Source: Anaerovorax sp. (GTDB lineage Bacteria; Bacillota; Clostridia; Peptostreptococcales; Anaerovoracaceae). From it: a DNA stretch of 64,000 nt. The stretch is from contig JAYFPL010000077.1 in the NCBI GenBank assembly GCA_034927775.1, forward strand, positions 12,906 to 76,905. The letters run 5' to 3'. Below are positions 59,786 through 64,000 of the stretch, in pieces. The notes beneath the pieces were generated by a model that saw nothing but the letters and a program-made list of their open reading frames with translations, did not search any database and had not been told where the DNA came from. How positions within the stretch are numbered: the stretch's first letter is position 1; the number at the start of each line of letters is the position of its first letter. The position numbers were made by a program, and so were the translations under genes.

Positions 59786-61123
59786 ATGAATAATTTAAAA
59801 ACACTCTGGGAAAAAACTCTAGAGCTTCTTCAACCTGAATTAACACCTGTAAGCTATGATACCTGGATTTCTCCTTTATCCCCAATCAATGTGGACGAAA
59901 AAGAAGGAATCCTATATTTATCTCTTTACAGTGATTTTTCAAAATCGATTTTAGAAGGCCGATATAAACCCGTTATTGAAAATGCAGTAAAGCAAGCGTT
60001 TGGACAAGCTTTGAAAGTGTCGTTTATTTCACCGGAGGAAGCGCAGGTAAGTCAAACTAACAGCGCTGCTTTAGGACACGGTTTTACAGATGAGCTCTAT
60101 TTAAACCCAAAATACATATTTAACACCTTCGTCATTGGAAACAACAATCGTTTTGCACACGCTGCTTCCTTAGCTGTTGCTGAACAACCGGCAAAAGCAT
60201 ACAACCCCCTATTCATTTATGGTGGGGCTGGGCTCGGAAAAACGCACTTAATGCATGCAATCGGGCATTATATTTTACAACAAAATTCAAAAACTAGGGT
60301 GCTTTACGTTTCTTCGGAAATGTTTACAAATGAATTGATTAAGGCAATCCGTACAGATAAAAACGTAGAATTTAGAAACAAATATCGCAGCATTGATGTA
60401 TTGATGATTGACGACATCCAATTCATCGAAAAAAAAGAACGAACGCAAGAAGAAATTTTCCATACCTTTAATACTCTATATGAAGCAAACAAACAGATTA
60501 TTATTTCCAGCGATCGTCCCCCAAAGGAAATTGCAACATTGGAAGAACGTTTGCGTTCTCGTTTTGAATGGGGTTTAATTGCAGATATTCAAGCTCCCGA
60601 TTATGAAACGAGAGTTGCAATTTTAATGAAAAAAGCAGAATTAGAAGAAGTAGCTATTACAGATGCTCTTTTAGATGTCATCGGAATCATTGCAGAAAAA
60701 ATTCAATCTAATATCCGAGAATTGGAAGGTGCTTTTATCCGCGTGATTGCTTATGCAAATCTTACTAATCAGAAAATTACAAGAGAATTAGCAAAAGAAG
60801 TACTAAAAGATGTCTTTTCTTCAAAGAATACAGAAATTACTCCTACCATTATTAAACAAACGGTTTGCAAACATTTTGATATCAAAGAGTCCGACATGGT
60901 ATCTTCAAAAAGATCTCGAAATATTGCTTTTCCAAGACAAATTGCAATGTATTTATGTCGAACACTTACTGATTTATCTTTACCTAAGATCGGCGAAGAA
61001 TTTGGTAATCGTGACCATACAACGGTATTACATGCTTATGAAAAAATTTCTACTTCTTTTGCTGAAAGCGAAGATTTTAAAAATGTTATATCTACATTAG
61101 AATCACAGATAAAAGAAATTTAA
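59786..61123 (+). CDS. dnaA: Chromosomal replication initiator protein DnaA
   Basis: [16 protein letters not shown], the box VII/VIII region, and the C-terminal DNA-binding motif [12 protein letters not shown]. Confidence 0.97.
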   Translation: MNNLKTLWEKTLELLQPELTPVSYDTWISPLSPINVDEKEGILYLSLYSDFSKSILEGRYKPVIENAVKQAFGQALKVSFISPEEAQVSQTNSAALGHGFTDELYLNPKYIFNTFVIGNNNRFAHAASLAVAEQPAKAYNPLFIYGGAGLGKTHLMHAIGHYILQQNSKTRVLYVSSEMFTNELIKAIRTDKNVEFRNKYRSIDVLMIDDIQFIEKKERTQEEIFHTFNTLYEANKQIIISSDRPPKEIATLEERLRSRFEWGLIADIQAPDYETRVAILMKKAELEEVAITDALLDVIGIIAEKIQSNIRELEGAFIRVIAYANLTNQKITRELAKEVLKDVFSSKNTEITPTIIKQTVCKHFDIKESDMVSSKRSRNIAFPRQIAMYLCRTLTDLSLPKIGEEFGNRDHTTVLHAYEKISTSFAESEDFKNVISTLESQIKEI

Positions 61124-61232
61124 TCCACAGGGCAAGGAAATTAAAAGGAAATTTGATAATAGTTATACACAGGTTTCTCACAAGCAACATCGTGTATTTT
61201 ACTTATCCACAGAAGTTATCCACAAATCCACA
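61121..61232. other. oriC part 2: DnaA-box cluster between dnaA and dnaN
   Basis: Perfect TTATCCACA at 61203-61211 and 61216-61224. 8/9 boxes TAATCCACA (61121) and TTATACACA (61163). AAATCCACA at 61224. Confidence 0.8.
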
Positions 61233-61283
61233 GCCCCTATTACTACTGTTACTAACTTTTATTTATAAGAAGGAGGCATTCTC

Positions 61284-62396
61284 ATGCGCTTTACTTGTTC
61301 CCAACAAATATTATCGAAGGCACTAAATACTGTTTCAAAAGCCGTTACCACTAGGACAACTCTACCAATCTTAAAAGGCATTCTTTTAGAAACAACCAGT
61401 GACAACCAACTAAAACTTTCCGCTTCAGATTTAGACTTAAGCATTGAAAAAACAATATCCGTATCTATTTCTGAACCAGGTGCTTTAGTCGTTTCCGCAC
61501 GTTTATTCAGTGATATTATTCGAAAATTACCAAATGAAACAATAGAAGTAGAACAATTAGAAAATAATCAAATTCGTATTCGCTGTATGGCTTCTGAATT
61601 TACAATTATTGGATTACCCGCTGAAGAATTTCCAAATATCGGAACTGTAATGGAAGACCAAGCTTTGCTAATTGAAAAAGAACTTTTAAAAGATATGATA
61701 AAAAAGACATCCTTTGCAGCTAGTATCGATGAATCAAAAGGAATTATTGTTGGTGTTTTAATTGATTTATCTGTGGATAAAATGACTATGGTTGCGTTGG
61801 ATGGTTTCCGAATGGCTGTAACAAGAGAAAATATGAAAAATGAACAAGAAAAAAAATTAGTTATAGCAGCTCGTATCTTAAACGAAATCAATAAAATTAT
61901 TATGGATTCTGAGAAAGAAGAATCAATTACTTTGATATTAGATGATAAAAAAGCAGTTATCACTATGGAAGATACACGTATCATTCTTCGTTTATTAGAA
62001 GGAGAATTTATAAAATACAATGATATTCTTCCTAAAAATTATAATTGTCGTGTTCTTTTAAATAAAAATGAATTTTTAGAAAGTATTGAAAGAGCTTCTT
62101 TATTAGCAAAAGAAGGTAAAAATAATCTAGTTAAATTCTCAATCGAAGGAGAAAGTATGGAAATTACTTCTCGATCTGAAGAAGGAAACGTAAGAGAAAC
62201 CGTTATGATAGAAAAATTAGGAGATAATTTGGAGATTGGATTTAATTCAAAATATGTTTTGGATGTTTTAAAGGTAGTCACTGATGAAAGAATCATTTTA
62301 CAATTCAATAGTAGTATAAGTCCTTGTTTAATTAAACCGGTAGAAGGAGATGCTTTTGAATATTTAGTTCTGCCTGTAAGAATTGCTAATAATTAA
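61284..62396 (+). CDS. dnaN: DNA polymerase III beta sliding clamp
   Basis: MRFTCSQQILSKALNTVSKAV.TRTTLPILKGILLE is the typical DnaN N-terminus. Three-domain length. Confidence 0.97.
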   Translation: MRFTCSQQILSKALNTVSKAVTTRTTLPILKGILLETTSDNQLKLSASDLDLSIEKTISVSISEPGALVVSARLFSDIIRKLPNETIEVEQLENNQIRIRCMASEFTIIGLPAEEFPNIGTVMEDQALLIEKELLKDMIKKTSFAASIDESKGIIVGVLIDLSVDKMTMVALDGFRMAVTRENMKNEQEKKLVIAARILNEINKIIMDSEKEESITLILDDKKAVITMEDTRIILRLLEGEFIKYNDILPKNYNCRVLLNKNEFLESIERASLLAKEGKNNLVKFSIEGESMEITSRSEEGNVRETVMIEKLGDNLEIGFNSKYVLDVLKVVTDERIILQFNSSISPCLIKPVEGDAFEYLVLPVRIANN

Positions 62397-62410
62397 GGGA
62401 AGGATTCATA

Positions 62411-63529
62411 ATGTATCTCAATGAAATACAATTACAGAATTTTCGAAATTACGAGACGCAAATTGTTAAATTTCATCCTAAAGTAAATATCATTACCGGA
62501 AACAATGCACAAGGAAAAACTAATTTGTTAGAAGCAATTTATATTATGAGCCTTGGTAAGTCTTTTCGAACCAATAAAGATTCGGAAATGATTGGTTTTG
62601 ATAAGGATTATTGTTCTGCGAAAAGTATTACTGTAAAAAATAAGGATCAGATTGAAATTGAGATTCGGTATTCTGCAAAGCAAAAACAAATAAAAATTGA
62701 TGGAGTTCCCATTCAGAAGAACATTGATTTGCTTGAACATGTTTATACCGTTATCTTTTCACCTGAAGATTTAAAAATTGTAAAAGGTGAGCCGGAAAAA
62801 AGAAGGAAATTTATAGATCGTGAGCTTTGTCAGTTAAAACCGATTTATTATAAAAACTTAGGACGATATAAGAAAATTATTCAGCATCGTAATATTTTAT
62901 TAAAGAATCAAGAATTAGATAAACAAGTATTAGATGTTTGGAATGAAGAACTGGCTGAATATGGTTCAAGAATTATATTAGAAAGAAATCATTTTATTGA
63001 AAAATTAAATCGAATCAGTAAAGATTTACATCATAAAATAACAAATGGAAAAGAAAATCTTGAAATTTTTTATGAATCAAATTTATCGATTGGGTTAAAT
63101 TTAAAGGAGCAAAAAGAAATATTTCTGAATGCTCTTCAAAAAAATATAAAGAATGACTTATTTCATGGCAGTACAGGAATTGGTCCGCATAAAGACGATT
63201 TAAAAATCAGTATTGATGGAATAGATATTCGAAGATTTGGATCACAAGGTCAGCAAAGAACCGCAGCGCTTTCTTTAAAGCTTGCTGAGATTTCTTTAAT
63301 TAAAGAAGAAACAAAGGAAGATGCTATTTTGCTGTTGGACGATGTTTTATCCGAATTAGATGGAGAAAGACAAAGTTTTTTATTAAATCGTTTAAAGGAA
63401 ATACAAATTTTTATAACAACAACTGAAATAGGACAAACATTATTGAAAAATATGCCGGATGGATTTGTTTTTACAGTAAAAAATGGAACTGTACAACGTT
63501 TAGAAAATAGTACAAAAACATTGACATAG
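62411..63529 (+). CDS. recF: DNA replication/repair protein RecF
   Basis: LQNFRNYE, GNNAQGKTNLLEAI (Walker A), GSQGQQRT (signature) and LLLDDVLSELD (Walker B). Confidence 0.95.
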   Translation: MYLNEIQLQNFRNYETQIVKFHPKVNIITGNNAQGKTNLLEAIYIMSLGKSFRTNKDSEMIGFDKDYCSAKSITVKNKDQIEIEIRYSAKQKQIKIDGVPIQKNIDLLEHVYTVIFSPEDLKIVKGEPEKRRKFIDRELCQLKPIYYKNLGRYKKIIQHRNILLKNQELDKQVLDVWNEELAEYGSRIILERNHFIEKLNRISKDLHHKITNGKENLEIFYESNLSIGLNLKEQKEIFLNALQKNIKNDLFHGSTGIGPHKDDLKISIDGIDIRRFGSQGQQRTAALSLKLAEISLIKEETKEDAILLLDDVLSELDGERQSFLLNRLKEIQIFITTTEIGQTLLKNMPDGFVFTVKNGTVQRLENSTKTLT

Positions 63530-63549
63530 CAAGGGTTTAAATGTATAAT
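63521..63549 (+). promoter_or_regulatory. Consensus sigma-A promoter for rpmH-rnpA
   Basis: TTGACA, 17 nt, TATAAT. The -35 box abuts the recF stop codon. Confidence 0.6.
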
Positions 63550-63646
63550 GACTAGGCAATTGTGTCATTATATGATGAATGAAAACTACATATGGTAGTT
63601 TAGAAAACTGTATTGCACAAATTACAGATATAAGGAGGTGTAGAGA

Positions 63647-63781
63647 ATGAAACAGACTTTCCAGCCTAAGGTTAGACAGAGAAAAAGGGAGCATGGCTTC
63701 AGAAAAAGAATGAGTACAAAGAACGGTAGAAATGTGTTAAAAAGAAGAAGAGCAAGAGGCAGAAAATCTTTAACAGCATAG
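63647..63781 (+). CDS. rpmH: 50S ribosomal protein L34 (44 aa, below the track cut-off)
   Basis: My translation: [56 protein letters not shown]. Confidence 0.92.
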   Translation: MKQTFQPKVRQRKREHGFRKRMSTKNGRNVLKRRRARGRKSLTA

Positions 63782-63836
63782 AGACCGCAAACGTGGTCTT
63801 TTTGTTTCATTTTTTGCAAAAGGATTGGAAAAAAGA

Positions 63837-64000
63837 ATGTTAAAACCTAATGTTTTAAGAAATAAAAAGGATTTTTCTGCCCTTTATAACAAAGGTAGAT
63901 CTGTTGGTGATAGATATGTCGTCCTATTTTTAAAAAAGAATGGAAGAAATTATAACAGAACTGCCTTTTTAGCTAGCAAAAAAGTAGGAAAAAGTGTCAT
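63837..64000 (+). CDS. rnpA: Ribonuclease P protein component (partial, runs off the right edge)
   Basis: MLKPNVLRNKKDFSALYNKGRSVGDRYVVLFLKKNGRNYNRTAFLASKKVGKSV is the RnpA N-terminal pattern. Confidence 0.85.
   Translation, partial: MLKPNVLRNKKDFSALYNKGRSVGDRYVVLFLKKNGRNYNRTAFLASKKVGKSV

Overview
AT-rich, origin-proximal chromosomal segment of a low-GC Firmicute. It looks like a Clostridia-type spore former: yabP/yabQ, an SLH-anchored surface protein and an rsbV-rsbW-sigB module are present. I cannot name the species. The right end holds the replication origin: dnaA-dnaN-recF flanked by two DnaA-box clusters. The flanks are unusual, with gyrB-gyrA divergent on the left and rpmH-rnpA co-directional on the right. 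Gene orientation switches at about 59.5 kb; almost everything to the left is on the minus strand. Most of the window is core housekeeping: rpsF-ssb-rpsR, gdpP-rplI-dnaB, purA, rsmA, rnmV, a walRK-like two-component system, trpS, gyrAB, citrate synthase, ridA, sodA and ybaK. The most unusual region is 1-9.4 kb. Three paralogous cobalamin riboswitches sit head to tail on the minus strand. One gates an operon for an SLH-anchored alpha/alpha-toroid protein, a membrane-anchored DUF4430 (transcobalamin-like C-terminal domain) protein, EcfT and a double ABC ATPase. One gates only an unannotated 51-aa YezD-like ORF. One has no obvious cargo. Nearby, a lipoprotein fuses the toroid and DUF4430 domains into a full transcobalamin-like architecture. 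Other notable items: a tandemly duplicated PadR-DUF2812 module with mosaic conservation; a DtxR-family repressor with a 16-bp palindromic operator in front of an orphan FeoB-associated Cys-rich mini-protein; an unannotated 48-aa acidic ORF with a forespore-type promoter; a sigma-54 dependent yfcC-iadA locus with a clean -24/-12 promoter; and trpS fused transcriptionally to the sigB operon. I saw no rRNA, tRNA, CRISPR array, transposase, integrase or phage genes. Coordinates of regulatory sites were hand-counted and may be off by 1-2 nt.
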